IMG/VR virus record: IMGVR_UViG_3300031616_000001
Span: 32,001 to 96,000 of that record
Direction: 5' to 3' (one strand)
From: a virus
Length of the DNA stretch: 64,000 nt
Every line of letters begins with the position of its first letter. Position 1 is the stretch's first letter. Below the pieces are notes generated by a model. It was not told the origin of the DNA. It was given only the letters and a program-made list of their open reading frames with translations, and made no database searches. The position numbers and the translations under genes were made by a program. Shown here piece after piece: positions 9,376-17,234 of this stretch.

Positions 9376-9396
9376 GAGTGGCATCATGGAAGTAGT

Positions 9397-9945
9397 TCAA
9401 TGCGGGCTCCTGTGACGCGGCTTGGCCATATACCGAGCGCCTTCGCGCTCGCTCGGCTCGAACTCGAATGTCACGCCGTACTGCACGATCGCGTCGTCGA
9501 TGATCTGATCGGTCCAGATCGCGTACTTCTTCGGGCCCAGCGATTCGCTCGAGACATAGACCTTGTGCGGCGTGCGCTTCTTCGCCACGCGCCGCACGCC
9601 GGTCTTCTTGTCGACCACCTCGCCGCGGCGCATTTCCCAATGGAAGAGAAAGCGTTCGTTGTAGACGAGCTTCCACTGGTCGACGGGCCAGAGTTCAGTT
9701 TTTCCGGTCAGCTGACCCTTGCTGTCGAAGAGCGGAATGCGCACCTGATCGCTGATCTGCTTCAGCACGGCGCCGTGCAGAAACTTGCGCTGCTTGATCG
9801 TGATCGGATCCAGCGCCGGGCCCACCCGCAGCTCTACCTGTTCGCCGTTGTCGAGGAGGCATCGCGCATGAGTCATCGCAGCAATGAACTTCTCACGCGC
9901 TCCGGCTTCGGTCGCGATCACCACGAGGTAGATCTCGTCGTTCAT
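9397..9945 (-). CDS. Hypothetical, possibly NinB-like protein
   Basis: T.KQRKFLHG.VLKQISDQV...W....WK pattern; next to recombination genes. Confidence 0.5.
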   Translation of the reverse strand: MNDEIYLVVIATEAGAREKFIAAMTHARCLLDNGEQVELRVGPALDPITIKQRKFLHGAVLKQISDQVRIPLFDSKGQLTGKTELWPVDQWKLVYNERFLFHWEMRRGEVVDKKTGVRRVAKKRTPHKVYVSSESLGPKKYAIWTDQIIDDAIVQYGVTFEFEPSEREGARYMAKPRHRSPH

Positions 9946-10235
9946 TCGGCCAGCCTCCGCAGCACGTCGGCCAGCAGATCGAACTCACTGCCGACACCCA
10001 AGGCAAGCATGAGCGGTGGCTTTGCCAGATGCACGGACGCGCGCGTCCCGTTGTGATGCATCTCGCACAGCGGAATGGTGAGGAAGTCGTCGCGCGCAAT
10101 CCGGCCCTCGCGGATGTGGTGTACCTGTGCCCCCGCGTGGCCGTAGCCGAGGCGATGGCAAACGATGCATCCGATTTCAGCGACGCGACCCATGTGGCGC
10201 GAGGCTGCGGCGGTGGCGGCGATCTTGCGGCGCAT
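9942..10235 (-). CDS. Ref/DUF968-like HNH-related Zn-binding protein
   Basis: GCIVC...QVHHIR...TIPLCEMHH motif. Confidence 0.75.
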   Translation of the reverse strand: MRRKIAATAAASRHMGRVAEIGCIVCHRLGYGHAGAQVHHIREGRIARDDFLTIPLCEMHHNGTRASVHLAKPPLMLALGVGSEFDLLADVLRRLAE

Positions 10236-10236
10236 C

Positions 10237-11136
10237 TCAGGCCTCTACGCCGAACTTCTTCGCCGCGGCGATGCGCAGTGCGGCGCGATCGTCTTCAGGC
10301 ATGTGAGCGATGCCATCGAGCAGCAGGTCGACCTCGGCCTGGTTGCGGGCCGTCGTGATGCGCTTGAAGAGGCGTTCGAACTCCGTGGGCTTCACGGCGG
10401 ACGGCGCGAACGCTGCGCGAACCGTAAGCGGCGCCGGCAGCGTGCGCCTTGCGATCTTCTGCAGCTTGGCGGGCATGTCTTCGACGGCCGCGAAGGGCGC
10501 GCGCAGGATGCGCTCGTACTCGTCGACCATGGCCTTGAACTCCATGAGATCGCTCTCGAGCTTTTCGATGAAGTCGTCGTCGCGGTAGATCCGCTTGCGC
10601 CAGAGTTGCTTGCCGGCTGGCGCCAGGGCAGGGCAGTACAGGCAGAAGTCCATCCACTGCCGACGGCTGATCCACAGGCCGCCCTGCACTTGATCGATGA
10701 CCATTGACGTGTCGCCGGTCGTCCAGATCTTGCGAAGCTTCAGCGGTGCCAGGAAGCACTTGTACTCAGCAGATCCATCGTCTTCGATGACACCGTCGAG
10801 GCTGCCGCCGAAGACCTCGTCGTCGGTCATGATGAAGCCGACGCGCTGCACGAACAGACCGATGTCGATCTCGTGCTCGTGCCGCGCGTCAGGCTCGAGC
10901 TCATGCCCGCGAGTCATGTACCACGTCTCGTAGTTCTCATCGAGCGGCTCGCCGCTGATGCGCTCGATGGCAATGCGGAACGCTTCGTCCTTGGCATCGC
11001 TGCTGTACTCACCGGCTTCATCACCACGCTTCAGCCGGGCGGACTCGCGCATCAGATGGAAGTTGGAGCACGTCAGCTTGCCGACGCGCGCCTGCTTCCA
11101 TGGCTTGCTGCCCTGCTCGCAGAGAACTTCTTTCAC
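10237..11136 (-). CDS. YqaJ/lambda-exonuclease family recombination nuclease
   Basis: QGSKPW...R.GKLT.S, RGHELEP.AR, SLDG, EYKC, QVQGGLW motifs. Confidence 0.9.
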   Translation of the reverse strand: MKEVLCEQGSKPWKQARVGKLTCSNFHLMRESARLKRGDEAGEYSSDAKDEAFRIAIERISGEPLDENYETWYMTRGHELEPDARHEHEIDIGLFVQRVGFIMTDDEVFGGSLDGVIEDDGSAEYKCFLAPLKLRKIWTTGDTSMVIDQVQGGLWISRRQWMDFCLYCPALAPAGKQLWRKRIYRDDDFIEKLESDLMEFKAMVDEYERILRAPFAAVEDMPAKLQKIARRTLPAPLTVRAAFAPSAVKPTEFERLFKRITTARNQAEVDLLLDGIAHMPEDDRAALRIAAAKKFGVEA

Positions 11137-12296
11137 TTGGCCGCGCCCTTGCCTTCAGCCGCCTTGATGTCGCGCACGAAGTCGTCGTCGACTTCGCCTG
11201 TGCCGGGATCGGCGGCCTGCGCAGCCGTCTGAGGCGGCGGTGCATCGGCGGTGGTAGCGGCGGCCGGCGCAGGTGCGGACGCCGGAGCGTTGTCGACGGT
11301 GCGCTCGCGGTCGACGGCGACGGCCTTGTCCTTCAGGCGCTGGTGCTCACCGGCGAGCAGCCGGCGATTCTCTTGGCCGGTGCCGGCGAAGAACTTCTGA
11401 TAGGCGGCGACGCCCTTGTCAGCAGCGGTCTCGGCTGCCTTCAGGAGCGCATCGGGAATCTTCGGTCCGACGTCGTCGACCGGGCCCATGTCGCGCGGCG
11501 CGTTCATCTCCTGCAGGTCGTCGACCGTGTGCACGCCGAGCATGCACTGCGGCGCGTACATGCGCTGCCAGAGCTTCTGCGCGAGATAGAAGATCTGCTG
11601 CTGCGGGTTGGTCGTCCACAGCGTCGAGTTGCGCGTCAGCGCCTGCGCCATCAGCACCTCGAGGTACCGCGGCTCCTTCTCACCGGTGAGCGTCGTCCAC
11701 ACCTTGATGCCGAGGCCGACCTCGTCGGCGGGCTTCCAACCGGGCACCTTGTACTTCGCCGGATGGCCGTGATCGTCCTGCTTCTTCTTGCTCTCGCGCT
11801 CTTCGAAGCGGCCGTTGATCTTCGTCCAGTCGCCGAAGTATTCGATGTGCAGCGCCTCCTTGATGGCGCCCATGTTCTTCATCACGGCGCCGATGACCTG
11901 CGACTCGTAGCCGAGCTTGCCATTGATCATGTGCGTCTTCTCCGCGAGGCCGTAGAAGTCCAGGCCCCATCGGTCGGCGCGCATGGCGATCGCCGTGCAG
12001 TCGGCGGCGTTGCCCTTCAGGTGTGCCGGCAGCGTGGCATTGCCCTTCGACACGAACGAGCCGAAGTCCATGTAGGCCTTCATGGCGGCGGCGTTCGTGA
12101 TCTGCGAGAGGCCGAGGCTGGAGTTCTCGGTCATCGCGACGAGCGCCTGCTCGACGCGGGCCATCAGCCGCACGCCATCCGCGGTTGTCGCCAGCTCCGT
12201 CGACGAGCGCAGGTCGCGCAGCAGTTCGGGGATGCCGCCGGCGCTCGGCGCGATGGTCGCGGTGCTGATCTCGGTGCTCGTGTCTTGCGTCGTCAT
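11133..12296 (-). CDS. recT: RecT-family ssDNA annealing protein
   Basis: PAHLKGN.ADC.AI.M.A..WG.D......KTH..NG.LGYE and NS.LW...P.QQ motifs; adjacent to exonuclease. Confidence 0.8.
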   Translation of the reverse strand: MTTQDTSTEISTATIAPSAGGIPELLRDLRSSTELATTADGVRLMARVEQALVAMTENSSLGLSQITNAAAMKAYMDFGSFVSKGNATLPAHLKGNAADCTAIAMRADRWGLDFYGLAEKTHMINGKLGYESQVIGAVMKNMGAIKEALHIEYFGDWTKINGRFEERESKKKQDDHGHPAKYKVPGWKPADEVGLGIKVWTTLTGEKEPRYLEVLMAQALTRNSTLWTTNPQQQIFYLAQKLWQRMYAPQCMLGVHTVDDLQEMNAPRDMGPVDDVGPKIPDALLKAAETAADKGVAAYQKFFAGTGQENRRLLAGEHQRLKDKAVAVDRERTVDNAPASAPAPAAATTADAPPPQTAAQAADPGTGEVDDDFVRDIKAAEGKGAAK

Positions 12297-12327
12297 GTCG
12301 GTCTTTCTTCGGCGTTCGCCGTGGTGG

Positions 12328-12573
12328 TCAGATCTTCTCGAGGAGGGCGAGCTCGACGCGCAGCTCGGCCGCGCGCTTCTCGTGGTGCTTGATGCGCTGC
12401 GGCAGACCATCGAATTCGGCCTTGAGGTGCGCGGTGTCGGACTCGGCGCTGGCGATCAGCTTGCGCACGTAGATGGCCTTGAACCAGGCGACGGTCTTCG
12501 CGGCGCCGAGACGGATCAGGTCGCCGGCGACGAGGTGCGGCGCCGAGCGCGTTGGGGTCAAGACGGCGCTCAT
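12328..12573 (-). CDS. Hypothetical protein
   Basis: Coupled ORF in leftward operon. Confidence 0.5.
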   Translation of the reverse strand: MSAVLTPTRSAPHLVAGDLIRLGAAKTVAWFKAIYVRKLIASAESDTAHLKAEFDGLPQRIKHHEKRAAELRVELALLEKI

Positions 12574-12812
12574 TGCGATCTCCCTGTTGCTTCGAGAAGC
12601 ACCGCGCGCATCTCCGTTTCCATCGCCAGGTCATCGCGGCGGTCGCCGCCGAGCGACTTGAAGTCGGGCTGATGCAGGCGCACCAGCGCGGCGACGGCGG
12701 CCCAGTGACAGGAGAAGGCGCCGATCACCTGCGGCTGCCGCATGTTGTTCGCGAGGATCACGCGCTTGCCCGACACGTAGGGCTGCGCTTCGCTGACGCC
12801 GCCGGGCTTCAC
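12570..12812 (-). CDS. Hypothetical protein
   Basis: GTG start overlapping upstream stop. Confidence 0.5.
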   Translation of the reverse strand: MKPGGVSEAQPYVSGKRVILANNMRQPQVIGAFSCHWAAVAALVRLHQPDFKSLGGDRRDDLAMETEMRAVLLEATGRSQ

Positions 12813-13036
12813 GCGGTTTGCCTCGCCGTTCTGATGCGCGCGTCGCGGTTGGCGCAGATCACCATGTCGGACGCTTGACCGATCGTGGCGTCGATGGCCT
12901 GGCGGCGGCGCTCGGCATTGGCCTGAGCGGTCTTCAGGCCTTCGGCGCTTCGCGCGCCTGCCAGGTCGGCCTGACGCAGGCGTGATTCCTCGGCGCCCCA
13001 GGCCAGCATCGCGTCGGCGTCCATGTCGCGGTACAT
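12809..13036 (-). CDS. Hypothetical protein
   Basis: Coupled ORF (MYRDMDADAML...). Confidence 0.45.
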   Translation of the reverse strand: MYRDMDADAMLAWGAEESRLRQADLAGARSAEGLKTAQANAERRRQAIDATIGQASDMVICANRDARIRTARQTA

Positions 13037-13380
13037 CACAGCCGAGACTCGTCCGCGGTGATGCAACGCGCGTCTGGGTCGTGTTGCGTGAAGAGTCCGC
13101 CGTCGACCACGATGACCGCTGCCGACGTCGGCGACTGAGGCGCGAAGGCCGCGCGGGCCGCACGCCTCAAGGCTTCGCAATGCTGATCCTGCGCGCTGGA
13201 ATCGGGGTCGCAGCACCCGCGCCCGTTGGGCATGGGCGTCGAAGAGCGGATGGCGTCGTCGGCGACGAACTGGATGAGGTTGTCCAGCGCGTCCTCGAAG
13301 GCTTCCTCGTGCGGGTTGACTGCCGGCGCCGGCGCGACGGGCAGACCACGTATATCGGCAGGTGTGTGCTGTGCTGTCAT
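13036..13380 (-). CDS. Hypothetical protein (QHTP N-terminus)
   Basis: Coupled ORF. Confidence 0.5.
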   Translation of the reverse strand: MTAQHTPADIRGLPVAPAPAVNPHEEAFEDALDNLIQFVADDAIRSSTPMPNGRGCCDPDSSAQDQHCEALRRAARAAFAPQSPTSAAVIVVDGGLFTQHDPDARCITADESRL

Positions 13381-13679
13381 GACGTGGTCCCGGTTGCTTT
13401 GGCGATTGCGGCGCGAGCGGCCATCAAGCGCAAACGATCCTCATGGCGCTCCTGCTGCGTGGTGGGCGCACCAGCGCGGCAGTAGGCTTCGTCTAAACCC
13501 TGCAGCGCAGCCAGCAAATCAGGCGCGCCGGCTGCATCAAGTGCGGATTGCGCATCAGCGAGGTGCTCTTGCCCGTAGACCTTCCACGCGTCGTCGAAGT
13601 CAACGTTGCACTCATCTGCGGCTCGCTTGCACAAGGCTCGCGCTGCGGCGACAACCATCGGCGTGTGCTGCGCGTTCAT
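13377..13679 (-). CDS. Hypothetical protein (QHTP...APDLLAAL...AAIAKATG type)
   Basis: Common phage terminal modules. Confidence 0.65.
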   Translation of the reverse strand: MNAQHTPMVVAAARALCKRAADECNVDFDDAWKVYGQEHLADAQSALDAAGAPDLLAALQGLDEAYCRAGAPTTQQERHEDRLRLMAARAAIAKATGTTS

Positions 13680-13996
13680 GCGGCGCGCCCGGTAGCCGCG
13701 ACGATGTCAGCAGCCGTGAGCCGCCGGCATTGCCCGATGTGTCGCGGCGGACCCATGGAGTCGCCGTGGCCAGCCCAGCCCCAATACATGCAGGCGTTCG
13801 GGTTGATCTCGGCGATCTGCCGGCGCAGCGCGTTGACTTGCGCGACGCGCCCCAACTCGCTGCGAAGATTCGGCCACTCGGTGATGGCGTTGATCTTGCG
13901 CCAGGTCTCGGCAAACGAGCCGCCGCGGCAGACCGCGAGCAGTTCGCGCTGCAGGTCGTCAACGGTGCGCGGCACCGGCGGTTGCTCCGCGCTCAC
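13676..13996 (-). CDS. Hypothetical protein
   Basis: GTG start overlapping upstream stop. Confidence 0.5.
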   Translation of the reverse strand: MSAEQPPVPRTVDDLQRELLAVCRGGSFAETWRKINAITEWPNLRSELGRVAQVNALRRQIAEINPNACMYWGWAGHGDSMGPPRHIGQCRRLTAADIVAATGRAA

Positions 13997-14223
13997 AGCC
14001 CGAACCCCAGCTTCCAGCAGGCTGACGCCGCCGCGGCGACGCCGATCGCGGCGATCCACATCCACGGGAACCAGGTCGGATCAGGCTCGGCCACGCGCGC
14101 CGGCGCCGGCCGCGATGCCGTGGCGCCGATGTGATGCACGACGGCCGTGTGGAACTCGACGAGCGGCGGCAGCGGCGTGCCGGGCACGGCCGGCCGCAAG
14201 ACGAGGCGTGCGCCGGCCTTCAC
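13993..14223 (-). CDS. Hypothetical protein with C-terminal TM segment
   Basis: Coupled ORF. Confidence 0.45.
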   Translation of the reverse strand: MKAGARLVLRPAVPGTPLPPLVEFHTAVVHHIGATASRPAPARVAEPDPTWFPWMWIAAIGVAAAASACWKLGFGL

Positions 14224-14357
14224 GACAGATCTCCGCGCTTGACGAAGAGCACGAGCGCCGCGGCCGCCGCGATGCCACCGTTCCAGGCGCTGCCCACGGA
14301 CAGCGCCGCGACGAGGTTGCCGGCGCCGAGCGCGCCGAGCCAGATCCGGTAGGTCAT
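14220..14357 (-). CDS. Small membrane protein
   Basis: Hydrophobic 45 aa; GAGGAG RBS. Confidence 0.45.
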   Translation of the reverse strand: MTYRIWLGALGAGNLVAALSVGSAWNGGIAAAAALVLFVKRGDLS

Positions 14358-14542
14358 GACTGCTCCTCGAAGTCGAGAGGGATGTCGCAGACGTCCTGTG
14401 TTTCCGCAGCTGGCGGCTCGCGCAGCACCAGCGCCAGCTCGGCGCGCACGCGGTCCTTTGCCACGGACTTGCGGAAGCTCTGGCTCACCGCGATGAGCCG
14501 CACCTGCGCGCCGGGATACAGAAAGGTGGGGGCGACGGTCAC
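14354..14542 (-). CDS. Hypothetical protein
   Basis: Coupled ORF. Confidence 0.45.
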   Translation of the reverse strand: MTVAPTFLYPGAQVRLIAVSQSFRKSVAKDRVRAELALVLREPPAAETQDVCDIPLDFEEQS

Positions 14543-14811
14543 GACGCCGCCGGCTTGTTGCCTGCCGCCGGCGCAACGACATGCACCTGGTAGTCCGTGG
14601 GGGCGATGGAATTCCAGACGGCGAAGTCAGGATCCAGACGCTGCTGGGCTTCGCGCAGCGCCGCGCGTTCGGCGCGTCCCGCGCGGACGACGCGCATGTC
14701 TTCGCTGTAGTCGAAGGCCCAGTCGTGCGCCGTGAGTGCGGCGACGTAGGCCGCCTGCTGTTCATCGCTGACGGCCTGCCCGACGGGTACGCCCGGTGTG
14801 GTGTCTGTCAT
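14539..14811 (-). CDS. Hypothetical protein, first gene of left operon
   Basis: GGAGG RBS; L..HDW.F.YSED pattern. Confidence 0.6.
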   Translation of the reverse strand: MTDTTPGVPVGQAVSDEQQAAYVAALTAHDWAFDYSEDMRVVRAGRAERAALREAQQRLDPDFAVWNSIAPTDYQVHVVAPAAGNKPAAS

Positions 14812-14853
14812 CTCGGTGTCCTCCGACACGTGATTTCGAATGGGTCTGAACGC

Positions 14854-14892
14854 ACTATAGCAGCGCAAAGCAAAAACGCAAGCATTGCTAAA
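14854..14892 (-). promoter_or_regulatory. Leftward sigma70-like promoter with abutting operator
   Basis: Minus strand TTGCGT-16nt-TATAGT with extended -10 TG; palindrome AGCATTGCT at the -35 edge. Confidence 0.75.
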
Positions 14893-14947
14893 TATCATTC
14901 CGTGGAGAATCGGGGCCCCCGACGCCAATCCACCTGGGAGACGCTCC

Positions 14948-15511
14948 ATGAAAGCACTCGTCGCCATTGCAGTGTTGTCCGCGGCATCCGCGCACGCTCA
15001 GCTGGCTTTCAAAGGTCTGCCGCTCGGTGTCGATCGACAGCAGCTGACGCAGCAGTTCCCATCGCTGCGATGCCAACAGGTACCGCCGCAGTTCAGTCGC
15101 CTCGGCGAGCAGCGCTGCACCAGCGCACCGTGCAACAGCGATGCATGCAGGGCCTCAGAGAAGGCCCTGGGTTCTTACGGCGGCATGCCGGCATGGGACA
15201 CCGGCTTTTCAGTCGTCGGCGGCCGCGTGGCGGCTTTCGATCTCGTCGTCAACGCGACATCGTATGAGGCCGTGCGCGAGGCATTGCGCGAAGTCCATGG
15301 CGCCGGCGAAGAGCAGGTCGTCGCCATGCAGACGGCCGGCGGCGCGAAGGTCAACGCGAGGCTGTGGACGGTGAAGACCGCCGACGGCAAGATCTCTCTG
15401 TACGAACGCGCCGTGAACTACGACACGGGCCGGGTGCAGGCAGAGACCACGGCGTTCACGCGGTGGTTGGAGGCTGCTCCGGCTTCGCGAAAAAACGCAC
15501 GTGATTTATGA
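14948..15511 (+). CDS. Secreted/periplasmic protein (moron-like)
   Basis: Signal peptide MKALVAIAVLSAASAHA; opposite orientation to flanking operon. Confidence 0.7.
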   Translation: MKALVAIAVLSAASAHAQLAFKGLPLGVDRQQLTQQFPSLRCQQVPPQFSRLGEQRCTSAPCNSDACRASEKALGSYGGMPAWDTGFSVVGGRVAAFDLVVNATSYEAVREALREVHGAGEEQVVAMQTAGGAKVNARLWTVKTADGKISLYERAVNYDTGRVQAETTAFTRWLEAAPASRKNARDL

Positions 15512-16127
15512 ACGTGCCTATACGGTGGTGGCGTGCATCACCAAAACGGGGCGCGTCATTGAGTCGGTGGATTCCCTCGAATTCCACCCTACCGATCGCA
15601 GCGACAAGCCGCTAAAGTGTTTCATTGAATTAAGGACGGTTTCAATGAAGTACAGGTGGCAATACGACGCCGCATCGGCGACGGCAGAATTTCACGACGG
15701 CCTGTGTGTCGTCGACCTCCGCGGCCTCATGACGGCGGACGCGATCAGCGAGCTATCAGCGGACATTCAAAAGCACATGGTGACGCCGACGTATGTCGTC
15801 GTGTGCTGCTGGGACAAATCCGTGTTGGCGGTGGAGGTTGGCGACGGCGACAAACCCGGTGAAAACCCGATACGCGTGCCGGTCGTCAACGTCGTCAGCT
15901 CGGGAGAGCGCGACGCGTTCGAACGGCACGCCGACAACATGATCCGCTATGGCTTGCTGCGGATCACGACCTTGTCTTTGGACGCCGCTTTGGGCTGGGC
16001 GGCGCGGAAGGCGGTCGTCTCCGAGTGGAGCCAAGAGCTCCGCTTAACCGGACAGTTGCTCGCGCCGGTTTCACCAGCGCGGGCACGGGTCCGATCTCCA
16101 GGTCGGCGACACACCGCTCGACTTTAA
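15501..16127 (+). CDS. Hypothetical protein (start uncertain, possibly 15645)
   Basis: Protein-like ORF; 3' end overlaps repressor convergently. Confidence 0.5.
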   Translation: MIYERAYTVVACITKTGRVIESVDSLEFHPTDRSDKPLKCFIELRTVSMKYRWQYDAASATAEFHDGLCVVDLRGLMTADAISELSADIQKHMVTPTYVVVCCWDKSVLAVEVGDGDKPGENPIRVPVVNVVSSGERDAFERHADNMIRYGLLRITTLSLDAALGWAARKAVVSEWSQELRLTGQLLAPVSPARARVRSPGRRHTARL

Positions 16128-16482
16128 GCCTGGCTTCGTCGCTGGGCAGGTTGTCGTAGGCCCACGCGATGTTCAGCGCTTCCGGTGTGTACGCGCGCCG
16201 CTGAAAATCCTCGCGGGTCGGCCCGGGGATCGACGGCAGGTGCATGCGGGATTCCTTTCGGGCATTGATCTTCGCGATGATGTCTTCGACGTCGAGTAGC
16301 AGGATCTCCTCGGTCGTCGTACGAAGGATCGCCGCGACCTTGGCCAGGTTCTCCTTTTCGATCGTGCTGAAGCGGAACCAGTTGGACACGGCGCCGCCCG
16401 AGACCTCCAGGCGATTCGCCACGTCTATGTTCCGCAAGCCAAAGTGTTTGAAGAGTGACTTGAGCTTCGGGCCGATGTCCAT
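15964..16482 (-). CDS. CI-like XRE HTH repressor (no obvious S24 peptidase domain)
   Basis: DVANRLEVSGGAVSNW HTH; divergent from cro-like gene. Confidence 0.8.
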   Translation of the reverse strand: MDIGPKLKSLFKHFGLRNIDVANRLEVSGGAVSNWFRFSTIEKENLAKVAAILRTTTEEILLLDVEDIIAKINARKESRMHLPSIPGPTREDFQRRAYTPEALNIAWAYDNLPSDEARLKVERCVADLEIGPVPALVKPARATVRLSGALGSTRRRPPSAPPSPKRRPKTRS

Positions 16483-16506
16483 CTCGGAATTCTTGCAGAC
16501 GCGTGC

Positions 16507-16543
16507 TAAGCAATGCTTGCGCTTGAAACTTTGTAATGCTAAA
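16507..16543. promoter_or_regulatory. Operator pair in the cI/cro intergenic region
   Basis: AGCAATGCT (16509-16517) and TGTAATGCT (16532-16540). Confidence 0.7.
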
Positions 16544-16552
16544 GTCTCTGTG

Positions 16553-16894
16553 ATGGACTTGAACACTTGGTGCAACGCGGAATCCGGCAGAGCCTCGCGC
16601 CTGCAGGAATACTTGACTTCGGTATTGCGCACGTCAGACCCCGGCAAGGAGATCGCCGACGCGCAGTTCTGGCAGTGGCGTCGCGAGGACGGCGATCCGC
16701 GCAAGCGCCCCATCCCGGCAACCATGGCCCTCGCGATTGAGGAATTCACGAAGGGCGAGGTCATGCGCTGGGAAAGCCGGCCGAAGGACTGGTTCCTGTA
16801 CTGGCCCGAGCTGAAGAAATACAGCGGCGCGCCACCACTGCCGACGGTGAGTCCGGCGACGGCTGACGAAGCCGCGGCGCTCTCGAAGACCTGA
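16553..16894 (+). CDS. Cro/YdaS-like regulator
   Basis: R.IP...A.AIE..T.GEV...E.RP...W...WPEL pattern; divergent from repressor. Confidence 0.8.
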   Translation: MDLNTWCNAESGRASRLQEYLTSVLRTSDPGKEIADAQFWQWRREDGDPRKRPIPATMALAIEEFTKGEVMRWESRPKDWFLYWPELKKYSGAPPLPTVSPATADEAAALSKT

Positions 16895-16985
16895 TGTGGC
16901 CGGGGCGATCTGGCAAGCATTGCTTCCAGATTTCTGACTGAGCCTATTCACAAACAACCTCCGTTCCTCATTGGTGAAACCGATG

Positions 16986-17018
16986 TTGACAAGGATACCC
17001 GGTGACATTAGCAATGCA
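16986..17018 (+). promoter_or_regulatory. Putative rightward promoter with operator over the -10 region
   Basis: TTGACA at 16986; AGCAATGCA at 17010; another AGCATTGCT at 16916. Confidence 0.5.
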
Positions 17019-17234
17019 AAGCACTGAATTTGGGGGGTGTGCTGGGCACGCGCATTGCATCGGCCAGATCGCATCTGCGGTCAGCAGGCCGGCGGCCGAC
17101 CGGTTGCACGAGGGGAAACCCCCTTCGGAGAAGGTCGCCAGGCCGCGCCGCGCGCGCGTACGGTTTACCGATTCGCGGCTCCGCGCTGTTACAAAAAACT
17201 TTGCGTTGCTGAAGTCCATCGGCGGTGGCCGTCG

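Noticed and set aside
9035-9676. ORFs across the pentamer arrays (9035-9676, 9058-9387, 9048-9242, 9061-9267)
   Set aside because: Low-complexity ARHG/AWQG translations arise from the 5-nt repeat; no RBS; a 5-nt period fits non-coding function better
11100-12392. Long antisense ORFs (e.g. 11100-12392, 53163-54434, 58918-60171, 60882-62624)
   Set aside because: Shadow frames of real high-GC genes on the opposite strand
13993-14025. attC right-half-like sequence at the end of a leftward gene
   Set aside because: Too degenerate and no matching left core
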